NCBI GenBank assembly: GCA_049975385.1 | Contig: JBNGDO010000005.1 | Location: forward strand, 1 to 59,296 | DNA length: 59,296 nucleotides | Source: Anaerolineae bacterium | Lineage (GTDB): Bacteria > Chloroflexota > Anaerolineae > B4-G1 > SLSP01 | Direction: 5' to 3' | In this document: positions 7,094 through 16,522 of the stretch, piece by piece | How the letters are laid out: each line of letters starts with the position of its first letter | Numbering within the stretch: position 1 is the first letter of the stretch | Position numbers and translations under genes: made by a program | Notes under the pieces: model-generated | The model's input: only the letters and a program-made list of their open reading frames with translations | Told to the model about the DNA's origin: nothing | Databases searched by the model: none

Positions 7094-9811
7094 ATGGTTC
7101 ATATAACCATTAACGGTAAATCCATAGAAGTCCCGTCGGGCGTTACTGTGTTGACGGCGGCGCGGCAGGCGGGTATCGAAATCCCAACCTTGTGCGATCA
7201 TCCCGACCTCACCCCCACCGGCGCGTGCCGTCTGTGTGTGGTGGAGGTGGAGGGGATGCGTGGCCCGGCGACGGCGTGTACCCTGCCGGTGAACGACGGG
7301 ATGGTCGTCCATACCAATACCGAGCAAGTCATCAACTTGCGCAGGTTCGTGCTCTCGATGCTGCTCACCGATCATCCCAACGATTGTATGAAGTGCGAGG
7401 TGGATGGCAACTGCGAGCTACAGCGCTGGGTCTACGAGTACGGCGTGGAATGGCCGGAGCACAGCGGCGCGCGTCACAACCGCCCGGTTGACTCTGATCC
7501 CAACCCGGTCGTGTTCGTGGATATGAACAAGTGTATCCTCTGCGGGCGCTGCGTGCGTGCCTGCGCGGAAATCCAGGGCTGCGACGTGTGGAACTTCTCC
7601 GAGCGCGGCTTCGATACGCTCGTCATGGCGGGCGCTAACCAGACGATGCTCGACGCGGGCTGCGAATCCTGCGGCAACTGTGTCGCTTACTGTCCCGTCG
7701 GCGCGCTGTTCGACAAGCCTGCCGTGGGTTGGGGGCGCGAAGCTTACCAGACCAAAGTCCGCACCACCTGCAACTACTGCGGCGTTGGCTGCCAGTTCGA
7801 CCTCAATGTCAAAGATGGCAAGATTACCCGCGTCACTTCCACGCCAGAAGCGCCGGTCAATGGCTTGTCGCTGTGCGTCAAGGGGCGCTACGGGTGGGAC
7901 TATGTCCAGCGGGATGATCGCCTGACGACCCCCCTTATCCGTGACGAGAGCGTGACCGATGGCCTGTGGCCCGGCTTCCGTAAGGCGAGCTGGGACGAGG
8001 CGCTTGATTTGGTCGCGGAGAAGCTCACATATTACCGCGATACTTGCGGCCCTGACAGTGTCGGTTATCTGAGTTCGGCCAAGTGTACGAATGAGGAAAA
8101 CTACCTGGTGCAGAAGATCGCCCGCGCCATCGGCAAGACCAACAACGTCGATCACTGCGCGCGTCTGTGCCACGCCTCCACCGTGGCCGGGCTGGCGACT
8201 GCGCTGGGCAGCGGCGCGATGACCAACTCCATCGAAGACTCGACAATGCAGAGCAAGGTGCTCTTTGTCACCGGTTCCAACACCACCGAGCAGCACCCGG
8301 TCATCGGCACGAAGATGCGCAAGGCCGTGCGCGAGAACGGGACGAAGATCATTGTGGCCGACCCGCGTCGCATCAGCCTGACCAAACTGCCCGGCTGCCT
8401 GCACTTGCAGCAGCGTCCCGGTACGGATATCGCGCTCTTCAACGGCATTATGCGTGAGATTCTGGTGCATGGCTGGGAAGACACAGCCTACATCGAGGCG
8501 CGCACCGAGGGCTTCGAGGAACTCAAAGAAGCGGTGATGAGGTACACGCTGGAGAAGACCGAGGAAATCACCGGCGTGCCTGCCGCGAAGATCGCGGAAG
8601 CCGCGCGCATTCTGGGCGAGAACAAACCCGGCGCGGTTTTCTGGTCGATGGGCATCACGCAGCACACCACCGGCGTCTACAACGTGATGTCGCTGGCGAA
8701 CATGCAGATGCTATTGGGCAACCTCGGTGTGGCCGGCGGCGGCGTGAACCCGCTGCGCGGGCAGAACAACGTGCAGGGCGCGTGCGACCTGGGGGCGCTG
8801 TCCAACGTCTATCCCGGCTACCAGGCTGTCACCAACCCGGAGCTGAAGGCCAAGTTTGAGAAAGCCTGGGGCGTTGAGGGACTTTCAGACAAAGTGGGCC
8901 TCACCGTCGTCGAGCAGATAAACGCCGCGCATGATGGCAAGCTCAAGGCGCTGTTTATCTTGGCCGAGAATCCGATGATGTCCGACCCCGATCTGAACCA
9001 CGTCAAAGAGGCGTTGGAGAAGGTAGACTTCCTGGTGGTGCAGGAAATCTTTATGACCGAGACGGGTAAATTCGCGGACGTCATCTTGCCAGGCCAGTCG
9101 TTCGCCGAGAAAGAGGGAACCTACACCAATACCGAGCGGCGCATCCAACCCATTCATAAGGCGGTGGAAGGCCCCGGCGTGTCCCGCCCCGACTGGGAAA
9201 TTCTGTGCGATCTGGGGACGCGCATGGGTTATCCAATGCAGTACGCCAGCCCGGTAGAAATTATGGAGGAGATCGCTGCGGTGACGCCGATCTATGCCGG
9301 CGTTCACTACTGGCGATTGGAGGCCGGTGAGCAGCTTTGTTGGCCGGTCAAGGGTGACGATCACCCCGGCACGCCGATCCTGCACGTGGGGCAGTTCTCG
9401 CGGGGCAAGGGGCTCTTCAAGGGGCTAGATCACATCGAGCCGCGGGAAGCGCCCAACGCCGAATACCCGTTCACGATGACGACGGGCCGCGTGCTCTACC
9501 ATTGGCACGGCGGCGAGCAGACGCGCCGCTCCGAGAGCCTGATGGCACTCTACCCGGAGCCGCGCGTGGAGATCAACCCGGCGGATGCCTCGCGCATGGG
9601 CGTTATCGAGGGCGATTTGCTCAAAGTGGCCTCGCGGCGCGGCGAATTTCATGCCCGGGCGCAGGTGACGGAGCGTGTCGAGCCGGGTATCATCTTTGGC
9701 ACCTTCCACTTCCCCAAGGGGAACGTCAACTGGGCCACCGGCGCGTTCCTCGATCCCATCGCCAAGATTCCTGAGTACAAGGTCACGGCGGTGAGGGTGG
9801 AGAAAGCGTAA
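7094..9811 (+). CDS. fdhA: molybdopterin (bis-PGD) formate dehydrogenase catalytic subunit, Cys type, with NuoG-like N-terminal Fe-S domains
   Basis: N-terminal 2Fe-2S and 4Fe-4S Cys clusters; CNYCGVGC (MopB 4Fe-4S). Active-site stretch HCARLCHASTVAGL has Cys where Sec-type enzymes have U. Uninterrupted 905-aa ORF. Confidence 0.9.
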   Translation: MVHITINGKSIEVPSGVTVLTAARQAGIEIPTLCDHPDLTPTGACRLCVVEVEGMRGPATACTLPVNDGMVVHTNTEQVINLRRFVLSMLLTDHPNDCMKCEVDGNCELQRWVYEYGVEWPEHSGARHNRPVDSDPNPVVFVDMNKCILCGRCVRACAEIQGCDVWNFSERGFDTLVMAGANQTMLDAGCESCGNCVAYCPVGALFDKPAVGWGREAYQTKVRTTCNYCGVGCQFDLNVKDGKITRVTSTPEAPVNGLSLCVKGRYGWDYVQRDDRLTTPLIRDESVTDGLWPGFRKASWDEALDLVAEKLTYYRDTCGPDSVGYLSSAKCTNEENYLVQKIARAIGKTNNVDHCARLCHASTVAGLATALGSGAMTNSIEDSTMQSKVLFVTGSNTTEQHPVIGTKMRKAVRENGTKIIVADPRRISLTKLPGCLHLQQRPGTDIALFNGIMREILVHGWEDTAYIEARTEGFEELKEAVMRYTLEKTEEITGVPAAKIAEAARILGENKPGAVFWSMGITQHTTGVYNVMSLANMQMLLGNLGVAGGGVNPLRGQNNVQGACDLGALSNVYPGYQAVTNPELKAKFEKAWGVEGLSDKVGLTVVEQINAAHDGKLKALFILAENPMMSDPDLNHVKEALEKVDFLVVQEIFMTETGKFADVILPGQSFAEKEGTYTNTERRIQPIHKAVEGPGVSRPDWEILCDLGTRMGYPMQYASPVEIMEEIAAVTPIYAGVHYWRLEAGEQLCWPVKGDDHPGTPILHVGQFSRGKGLFKGLDHIEPREAPNAEYPFTMTTGRVLYHWHGGEQTRRSESLMALYPEPRVEINPADASRMGVIEGDLLKVASRRGEFHARAQVTERVEPGIIFGTFHFPKGNVNWATGAFLDPIAKIPEYKVTAVRVEKA

Positions 9812-9832
9812 CCCATTCTTTCCTAAATAAAA

Positions 9833-9865
9833 CCGCCCCTGGTCATTCCAGGGGCGGTTGCTTTT
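9833..9865. terminator. bidirectional intrinsic terminator between fdhA and focA
   Basis: CCGCCCCTGG / CCAGGGGCGG 10-bp stem with loop TCATT. A-run upstream and TTGCTTTT downstream. Confidence 0.8.
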
Positions 9866-9911
9866 GCTGATTTACCGAATCGCCGATTCGCTCTTTTGCT
9901 GATTCGCCTAC

Positions 9912-10796
9912 TTACTTCTTCTGCCCGCGCAGATAGATGAACCAGTAGACGACGGCGACCATAACCACACCGCCGATGATGTTGCCGATGGTCACGGGGA
10001 GCAGGTTCTTGAATAGGAAGTTGCCCCAGGTGAGGTTGGCGTAGTCGCCGGCCGTCTTGCCGATGTTCGACCAGAAACCCGCGTTAGCCCCCGCCTTCAC
10101 GAACAGGCCGATTGGGACGAAGTACATATTGGCGACACTGTGCTCAAATCCCGCCGCCACGAAACCGGCGATGGGGAAGATGATGGCGAGGATTTTATCG
10201 GTGGTTGTGCGGGCCGAGAAGCACAGCCAGACCGCCATACACACCATCGCATTACACATCATACCAAGCGCAACCGCTGGAATGAATTCCAGGTTGCATT
10301 TGCCGTTGGCGATGTTGAGCGCAGTCAGACCCACTGCGCCGCCCCCAAACGTCCACTGCTTGCTGAGGAACACCACCGCCGCGGTTGCCACCGAGCCGAC
10401 GAAGTTACCGGCGTAGACAATGCCCCAGTTGCGCAGCATTTGCGTAAACGTGATTTTCTTGTTGACCCAGGCCATTGCAATCAGGTTGTTGCCGGTGAAC
10501 AGTTCCGCGCCACCGACGATGACGAGGATAAGGCCAAGGCAGAAGACCAGCCCACCGAGCAACCGTTGAATCCCGTAGGGGACGGGATTTGCGCCGCTGC
10601 CGAGGCCGGCCAGCACGGTGGTGCAGAAGATCGCCCCCAGGCCGATGAAGGCCCCGGCGAGGATCGCCAGCGCGAACAATTGCAGTGCGTCGCCGGTGGC
10701 TTTCTTCACGCCCACCGCTTCCGCTTTGGCGGCCATCTCCGCCGGTAAAAGGGAGTCTAACTTAATTTCGGGTACAGGTACTGATGAATTCGCCAT
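9912..10796 (-). CDS. focA: formate/nitrite transporter (FNT) family channel
   Basis: 294-aa polytopic protein with FNT-like sequence throughout. The formate assignment rests on genomic context. Confidence 0.8.
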   Translation of the reverse strand: MANSSVPVPEIKLDSLLPAEMAAKAEAVGVKKATGDALQLFALAILAGAFIGLGAIFCTTVLAGLGSGANPVPYGIQRLLGGLVFCLGLILVIVGGAELFTGNNLIAMAWVNKKITFTQMLRNWGIVYAGNFVGSVATAAVVFLSKQWTFGGGAVGLTALNIANGKCNLEFIPAVALGMMCNAMVCMAVWLCFSARTTTDKILAIIFPIAGFVAAGFEHSVANMYFVPIGLFVKAGANAGFWSNIGKTAGDYANLTWGNFLFKNLLPVTIGNIIGGVVMVAVVYWFIYLRGQKK

Positions 10797-10840
10797 GTGA
10801 AATTTCCTCCTTGAAGATGAAAGATTGGATTACAACGGTT

Positions 10841-10856
10841 CCATTGTATCAAATGG
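10841..10856. promoter_or_regulatory. 16-bp palindrome upstream of focA (possible operator)
   Basis: CCATTGTATCAAATGG: inverted CCATT/AATGG arms, 45 nt upstream of the focA start. Confidence 0.25.
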
Positions 10857-10923
10857 CTAAAAAACGGCAAGTGACTTTTGGACGTGGTACAATAGGAATA
10901 AAGGTGTGGACTTTTTAGCTCTC

Positions 10924-10985
10924 AACGGATTCAACGGAATTTAACGGATATTTTCCGTGACACAGAGAGCACAGAGCACTCAGAG
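10924..10985. repeat. short tandem repeats in the focA/mobA divergent spacer
   Basis: AACGGA repeated at 10924, 10933 and 10943, then a complementary TCCGT. CACAGAG-type units at 10961, 10970 and 10979. Confidence 0.4.
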
Positions 10986-11054
10986 TGTGCGTTGTCCGCA
11001 ACGCCCTTTCTCTGTGACCTCGGTGGCTATTTTCAAGGGAGTTGGCATAGCCGT

Positions 11055-11690
11055 ATGACAATCACATTGAGTGGTGTTATCCTGGCCGGAGGGTGCAGCA
11101 ACCGGATGGGCATGGATAAGCGCTTTCTGACAATTCAAGGACAACCGTTGGTCGTCTGGGTCGTGGAGCGCCTGCGCGCTTTGGTGGATGAAGTGATCGT
11201 GGCGGCGCTCGACCCTGCGGTGTTCGACGGCATCGCCGCGCGCGTAGTGACGGACGTTTATCCGGGCCAGGGCGTTCTAGCCGGGCTGCACGCCGGTCTG
11301 GCGGCGGCGCGGTCCGAATGGGCCGTCGTTGTGGCAGGGGATATGCCACTCCTCAATCCGGCGCTGCTCCGCGCAATGCTGCGCCTGGCGCAGGATGGCG
11401 AAGCTGACATCGTCGTGCCGCAATGGCAGGGCAATCTGGAACCGCTTCATACCCTTTACCGCCCGTCCGCTTGCGCCCCCGCCGCCGAAGCCGCGCTCCA
11501 GGCGGGCAAACGGCGCATCGTCGCCTTTTATCCCGACGTGCGCGTCCACGTTATGCCGCAGGCCGAAGTGGTCTGCTGGGACCCGGAAGGCCGTTCGTTC
11601 TTCAATGTGAACACGCCAGAAGACTGGTCACTGGCGTTGCAACAACTTCAATTCAACCAATCCCCAATCGCTCCGGGTAGGTGTGAATGA
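11055..11690 (+). CDS. mobA: molybdenum cofactor guanylyltransferase
   Basis: N-terminal GVILAGGCSNRMGMDK motif. The ATG at 11055 is preferred over the ORF start at 10992. Confidence 0.8.
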   Translation: MTITLSGVILAGGCSNRMGMDKRFLTIQGQPLVVWVVERLRALVDEVIVAALDPAVFDGIAARVVTDVYPGQGVLAGLHAGLAAARSEWAVVVAGDMPLLNPALLRAMLRLAQDGEADIVVPQWQGNLEPLHTLYRPSACAPAAEAALQAGKRRIVAFYPDVRVHVMPQAEVVCWDPEGRSFFNVNTPEDWSLALQQLQFNQSPIAPGRCE

Positions 11691-12441
11691 CCATTTTCTG
11701 CCCGCGCAAGTATCCCACGGTCGTGATGCCCCAATCCGTGGCAAGTTTCACCGCCGTGGATGTGACAGCCCGCAGCGTTGCGACAACGGGGACGCCCATC
11801 CGTGCTGCTTTGCTGACCATCTCGGAGGAAAGCCGTCCGGTGGTTAACAACATATCGCCCTCAGTAGCGCGCCCGTCCAGCAGGCAGAAGCCCAGCAGTT
11901 TGTCCAGCGTGTTGTGCCGTCCCACGTCCGTCATTATGGCGATGGTCTCGCCCGCGGGCGTGAAGAGTGCGCTGGTATGGACGCCATGACTGTGGGGATT
12001 GCGTGCGGTGGCATCCTGCAGGACCTGCGCCATCTCGAAGAGGCGCGCAGGGTACAGAACAGGCTGCGCGGGCAACGGTGACGGCGGCGCGTACAAATCT
12101 CCCAACACCACGCCGCGCCCACAGCCGGATGTAAAGAGGGCATTATGAGCAGCTAGACGCGGCTCCACGCTAGCTTTGTCGTTGGCTAACCACACATCGG
12201 CGCAGGTTTCACCTTCAGAAAAATGTATTTTGGCAATGTCTGCCGGTGTATCAATGATGCCGGCGTAGGCTAGAAATCCGACAACCAGCGCTTTCCGTTT
12301 GGCCGGTGAGGCCATCAACCGCACTAAGGATTGCCCATTGACATAGATACAGAACTCTTCTTCGCCAGGTAATGTATACGTTTGCGTCGTAACTTCACCC
12401 TGACGCCAAATATGGACAGGATATTCAAAATTGTCAGACAT
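11653..12441 (-). CDS. fdhD: formate dehydrogenase accessory sulfurtransferase
   Basis: GRHNTLDKLLG motif and FdhD-like length. Its 3' end overlaps mobA convergently. Confidence 0.85.
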   Translation of the reverse strand: MSDNFEYPVHIWRQGEVTTQTYTLPGEEEFCIYVNGQSLVRLMASPAKRKALVVGFLAYAGIIDTPADIAKIHFSEGETCADVWLANDKASVEPRLAAHNALFTSGCGRGVVLGDLYAPPSPLPAQPVLYPARLFEMAQVLQDATARNPHSHGVHTSALFTPAGETIAIMTDVGRHNTLDKLLGFCLLDGRATEGDMLLTTGRLSSEMVSKAARMGVPVVATLRAVTSTAVKLATDWGITTVGYLRGQKMVIHTYPERLGIG

Positions 12442-12514
12442 AGGTCCTCTCGTATAAATTTGACAAACTCACAAGATAGACCATTATACTCATAGTATTA
12501 GCAGAAACAACCAT

Positions 12515-13096
12515 ATGAGCAATAACCAAAAAGAAAAATCCTTTTCCAACGTTATCGGCTTCGACGACGCCCCCTTCACGTCGGAGTTCACTGGCCCGGT
12601 GAAGGTGGTGGGGACCGTGTACGCGCGCCAGCGTTTGACCGGCATCCTCATCGGTGACGTGCTCAAGGACGGCGATGACGCGGCAGAGGCGCTGGGGCAT
12701 CTGATTGCCGGCTCCAAATTCGCCGGGAACCTGCACCTGGTGATGCTGCAAGGCATTGCCCTGGGCGGGTTCAACGTGGTCGACGTCTTCGCCTTGTACG
12801 CGCAGCTCGCCCTGCCCATCCTGGTCGTTGCGCGTCGCGCGCCGGACCTGGACGCCATCCGCGACGCACTGCTCACGCAAATCCCGAACGGCGCGCAGAA
12901 ATGGGCCATCATCGAGCGCCTCGGCCCGATGGAGGCCCTGCGCCACGTCTACGTGCAGCGCGTCGGTTTGACCCTGTCCGAGGCCGGCGACGTGCTCAAA
13001 CGATTCACCGTCGAAGGCCACATCCCGGAGCCGCTGCGCGCCGCGCACCTCATCGCGGGCGCGCTGGTGAATGGGGAAAGTCGCGGACGGGTGTGA
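12515..13096 (+). CDS. DUF99/UPF0215-family protein (endonuclease V-like fold family)
   Basis: VIGFDDAPF start and LHLVMLQGIALGGFNVVD core resemble DUF99 proteins. Recognition by eye only. Confidence 0.5.
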   Translation: MSNNQKEKSFSNVIGFDDAPFTSEFTGPVKVVGTVYARQRLTGILIGDVLKDGDDAAEALGHLIAGSKFAGNLHLVMLQGIALGGFNVVDVFALYAQLALPILVVARRAPDLDAIRDALLTQIPNGAQKWAIIERLGPMEALRHVYVQRVGLTLSEAGDVLKRFTVEGHIPEPLRAAHLIAGALVNGESRGRV

Positions 13097-13110
13097 ATTG
13101 TGCCTTCCGC

Positions 13111-13149
13111 AGACCTGACAGGTTTTCTGAAACCTGTCAGGTCTTTTGT
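13111..13149 (+). terminator. intrinsic terminator after the DUF99 gene
   Basis: Perfect 15-bp stem AGACCTGACAGGTTT / AAACCTGTCAGGTCT, loop TCTG, followed by TTTGTG. Confidence 0.75.
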
Positions 13150-13157
13150 GGTACAAT
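13149..13157 (+). promoter_or_regulatory. extended -10 element (TGgTACAAT)
   Basis: TG at 13149-13150 and TACAAT at 13152-13157, only 6 nt before the ATG at 13164. This would give a leaderless or near-leaderless mRNA. Confidence 0.35.
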
Positions 13158-13163
13158 GATTGT

Positions 13164-13673
13164 ATGGAAGGCGACAATAACCGGACTATAGTCGTCGGAT
13201 TCGGCAACCTCTACCGCCGCGACGACGGCGTGGCGCGCTTCATCGCCAACCGACTGCTCGAACGCCTGGGACGCGAACCGCTGGACGCGCTGGATGACGG
13301 GTTTGAGGCCCTGGGGCATCCGGTAGACGTGGTGGTGCTGCACCAGCTCGTGCCGGAGTTGGCCGAAACCATCAAGGATTACGCGCTCGTCATCTTCGTA
13401 GACGCGCACGTCGACGCGACGATGCCGGAGCCGCTGCGCGAAGAGCGCCTGGAAGTCATCTATCGCACACCCTTTGTCTACCACCAGACACACCCCTCGA
13501 CCGTGCTGGCGCTCACCCAGCAGATGTACGACGTGACGCCGGAGGCTGTACTGCTCTCCGTCTTGGGCCACGACTTCGACTTCGGCGAAGGGCTGTCCCC
13601 GGAGACAGCGGCGCTGGTCGAACCGGCCGTCGAACGCATTCTGGCCCACGTCGCGGCCTTGCAGACGACATAA
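13164..13673 (+). CDS. hydrogenase maturation endopeptidase (HyaD/HybD/HycI family)
   Basis: VVGFGNLYRRDDGVA N-terminal motif, plus FVDAH and HQTHP at the positions of the family metal ligands. Confidence 0.65.
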   Translation: MEGDNNRTIVVGFGNLYRRDDGVARFIANRLLERLGREPLDALDDGFEALGHPVDVVVLHQLVPELAETIKDYALVIFVDAHVDATMPEPLREERLEVIYRTPFVYHQTHPSTVLALTQQMYDVTPEAVLLSVLGHDFDFGEGLSPETAALVEPAVERILAHVAALQTT

Positions 13674-13784
13674 TCTGCCGTTTCCCTGTTACCTTTTTTC
13701 TCCGACCACGACATAGTAGGCGACTGACAGTTTGTCCTGGATTTTGCCATTTGCTGATTTACAATTTCCGCAGGAGGATGACCT

Positions 13785-16517
13785 ATGAAAACCCATTCCA
13801 ATCGCACAGAGCGTTTTGTCCTGCTCGTAGTGCTGTTTGTCCTGACGATAGGCTGTCAGACGCTATTCCCAACGGCCGCACCTCCCCCCACGGCTGAGAC
13901 GCCACCGATAGCCCCGGTCGAAGCCCCGCCCACCGCCGAAGTCCCCCCGGAGACGCCAACCGAAACACCTCCGGACCTCCCGGCGGTGCAACCGCGCGCC
14001 AAATCGGTTTTCGCCGCGTACAACCCGCAGCCGGTGAGCGTCGTCCCGGCGCTCGAGCAGCCCGCCATCGCCCCCGACTTGAGCAACGTCCACGTCGCTA
14101 TGCCGCTCTCGGCGGACCAGCTCGCCCGCCTCGCCCGCGATGGCGTCGCCGCCAGCCCCGGCCTGCAGGAGAAGGAATTCTTCACCCTCTACGAGAAAGC
14201 GCGCTACGCCAACGTCCCCATCTTCATCACCAGCGACTCGCTGCTGCACGTCTACCACCTGATGTTCGACAAGACGTTGCGCACCGCCGAGGTCGAATAC
14301 TTCCACCCGCTGCTGAAATCGCTCAACCGCGCGCTGATCGAGACGGCGGACGCGCAATACCAGCAATTGCGCGGCACGCCGTGGGAGGATGTGGCCCTGC
14401 GCACCGTCGCCTTCATCGCCGTGGGCGGGCGGCTCGCCGACTCCGATTTTCCCATCCCCGGCTACGCCGCCGAGCTGGCGGAGGCCGAACTCGCCAACGT
14501 CGAGGCGGCTGCCGGTATCCAGTTCTCGCCCATCTTCCCCGGCCTGGAATTCGGTGAGGACTACACCCAATACATCCCGCGCGGCCACTACACCCGCAGC
14601 GACGCGCTGAAAGCCTATTTCAAGAGCATGATGTGGTACGGTCGCATGACCTTCCGCCTGAAGACCAAAAACGCCGACGTGGGCCGGGCCGAGACCCGCT
14701 CCGCGCTGCTGCTGGTGCAGGCACTGCGCAACACCCAGGTGGGGGAGCGCCCTGCGCTGGACGTGTGGGCCGACCTCTACGATCCCACCGCTTTCCTCGT
14801 CGGGCGCAGCGACGACCTCACCGCGCTCGATTACATCCCGGTGATCGATGCCGTCTACGGCGAGAATCCCGCGCTCGCAACGCTGGCGGATGACGCCAAC
14901 CTGGACACCTTCATCACTGCCACCGACGCGCTGCCTGCGCCGCGCATCCTGGGAATGGTCATCTATGATAGGGACAACGAGACCGAACAAACCAAGGGTC
15001 TGCGCTTTATGGGCCAGCGCTTCGTGCCCGACGCCTACATCTTCCGCCAGCTCATCTACCGCAACGTGGGCACCCGCGCGGATCGCCGCGGGCTGCCCAA
15101 GGGATTGGACGTCTTCGCTGCAATGGAGTCGGACCGCGCTTACGAGTTGCTGGATGCGATGGGCGAGACTCACTACCTGAGCTACACCCTGCAAATGGAC
15201 AAGATGCGCACCTGGACCGGCAGTCTCACGGTGGACGATTGGACGGAGACAGTCTACAATGGCTGGCTCTACACCTTCTACCCGCTTCTCGAAGTCCCAG
15301 GCGCGGGCCACCCCGCCTTCATGCAGTCAGTCGCGTGGCGCGACAAGCAATTGCACACCGCCCTGGGCAGTTGGGCGGAGCTGAAGCACGACACCATCCT
15401 CTACGCCAAGCAGACTTACGCGGAGATGGGCGCAGGCTGGATGCCCACCCCGCCCGATCCGCTGCCGGCGCGCGGCTACGTGGAGCCGGTGCCGGAGTTC
15501 TACGCGCGGCTGGCGGCGTTGGCCGAGATGACGCGCGAAGGGCTTGCCTCCCGCAGCCTGCTCGGCGAGCAGGACGCCGACAGCCTCACGCGCATCGAGG
15601 ACCTGGCGCTGGTGCTCAAGGCGATGGCGGAAAAGCAACTCTCCGGCGTCCCGCTCACCGAAGACGAACACCACCGCATTCGCTACTACGGCGGCGAACT
15701 GGAACACCTGGTGATGGCTTCCGCCGACACTCCGGCAGGCGAACCCGGCGCCCTCCCTTATATGGAAGAAGACCCGCAGGCGGCCGTCATCGCCGACGTC
15801 GCCACCGACCCCGATCCCGACGCCGACGGCGTGCCCAATCCCGTCGTGCTGGAAGTGGGCGTCGGGCGGGTGAGCGAGCTTCACGTCGTCGTTCCATTGG
15901 TCGAAGAAGACGGCAACCTGCGCTTGCAGGTCGCCAGGGGCGGCATCTTCTCGTATTACGAGTTCCCCTGGCCCGCCGACGACCGCCTGACCGACGAGAA
16001 GTGGCAGGGAATGCTGGATGATGGCTCCGCACCGGCAGCGCCCGCCTGGATCGAGAGCTTCTACACGCCGGAAGGCGAGTATCACGATTTGCAGACGGCG
16101 CTCTACCGCTTCCAGCGCGGTTGGGTCAGCGCCGCCTTCTACCTGGATACGCAATACGTGGCGTCTGACCACAACCGCTTGGCGAGCGGCGCGGCGCTGG
16201 ACTTCATCGTTGCCGAAATTGACGCGCTGCGAGCGGAGAAGCACTTCGAGGGGCGGCAATGGATAGGCACCGACTACCGCTCCTTCGACCTGCAATCTGA
16301 GAATCTGGCGGTGGTCACGGTGCGGGAGACCTGGCAGGATACGCTCTACGCGTACAGCGGCGCGGCACATCCCGCCGAAACAGGCGATGAGAACGATATG
16401 CAGCAGATCGGGATGCGCGGGCCTTACACCCTGGACGTGACCTATACGCTGGAGCGCACCGGCGAGAATTGGACCGTCACGCGCATCGTCGTCGTCAATG
16501 CGCGGCCTGCTTGGTGA
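13785..16517 (+). CDS. large DUF3160-like lipoprotein
   Basis: Signal peptide with lipobox (LTIGC), then a Pro/Thr/Ala-rich linker. The FITSDSLLHVYHLMFDKTLR region resembles DUF3160. Confidence 0.6.
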   Translation: MKTHSNRTERFVLLVVLFVLTIGCQTLFPTAAPPPTAETPPIAPVEAPPTAEVPPETPTETPPDLPAVQPRAKSVFAAYNPQPVSVVPALEQPAIAPDLSNVHVAMPLSADQLARLARDGVAASPGLQEKEFFTLYEKARYANVPIFITSDSLLHVYHLMFDKTLRTAEVEYFHPLLKSLNRALIETADAQYQQLRGTPWEDVALRTVAFIAVGGRLADSDFPIPGYAAELAEAELANVEAAAGIQFSPIFPGLEFGEDYTQYIPRGHYTRSDALKAYFKSMMWYGRMTFRLKTKNADVGRAETRSALLLVQALRNTQVGERPALDVWADLYDPTAFLVGRSDDLTALDYIPVIDAVYGENPALATLADDANLDTFITATDALPAPRILGMVIYDRDNETEQTKGLRFMGQRFVPDAYIFRQLIYRNVGTRADRRGLPKGLDVFAAMESDRAYELLDAMGETHYLSYTLQMDKMRTWTGSLTVDDWTETVYNGWLYTFYPLLEVPGAGHPAFMQSVAWRDKQLHTALGSWAELKHDTILYAKQTYAEMGAGWMPTPPDPLPARGYVEPVPEFYARLAALAEMTREGLASRSLLGEQDADSLTRIEDLALVLKAMAEKQLSGVPLTEDEHHRIRYYGGELEHLVMASADTPAGEPGALPYMEEDPQAAVIADVATDPDPDADGVPNPVVLEVGVGRVSELHVVVPLVEEDGNLRLQVARGGIFSYYEFPWPADDRLTDEKWQGMLDDGSAPAAPAWIESFYTPEGEYHDLQTALYRFQRGWVSAAFYLDTQYVASDHNRLASGAALDFIVAEIDALRAEKHFEGRQWIGTDYRSFDLQSENLAVVTVRETWQDTLYAYSGAAHPAETGDENDMQQIGMRGPYTLDVTYTLERTGENWTVTRIVVVNARPAW

Positions 16518-16522
16518 GCGTT

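Noticed and set aside
7418-8665. 415-aa minus-strand ORF (plus several shorter ones) inside fdhA
   Set aside because: It is antisense to a gene with unmistakable FDH motifs. The product is Arg/Ala/Gly-rich and low-complexity, which is typical of shadow ORFs in GC-rich DNA. It has no RBS.
7094-9811. Possible selenocysteine (in-frame TGA plus SECIS) in the formate dehydrogenase
   Set aside because: The ORF is uninterrupted, and the Sec/Cys position is encoded as Cys (ARLCHAS). There is no TGA to recode.
12434-13207. 257-aa minus-strand ORF across the DUF99 gene and its terminator
   Set aside because: It is antisense to a better-supported gene and runs through a 15-bp terminator stem. The product is Arg-rich.
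13863-15311. 482-aa minus-strand ORF, with a 347-aa one at 15327..16370
   Set aside because: Both are antisense shadows of the 910-aa DUF3160-like gene. Composition is Arg/Gly/Ala-biased, with no recognisable domain.
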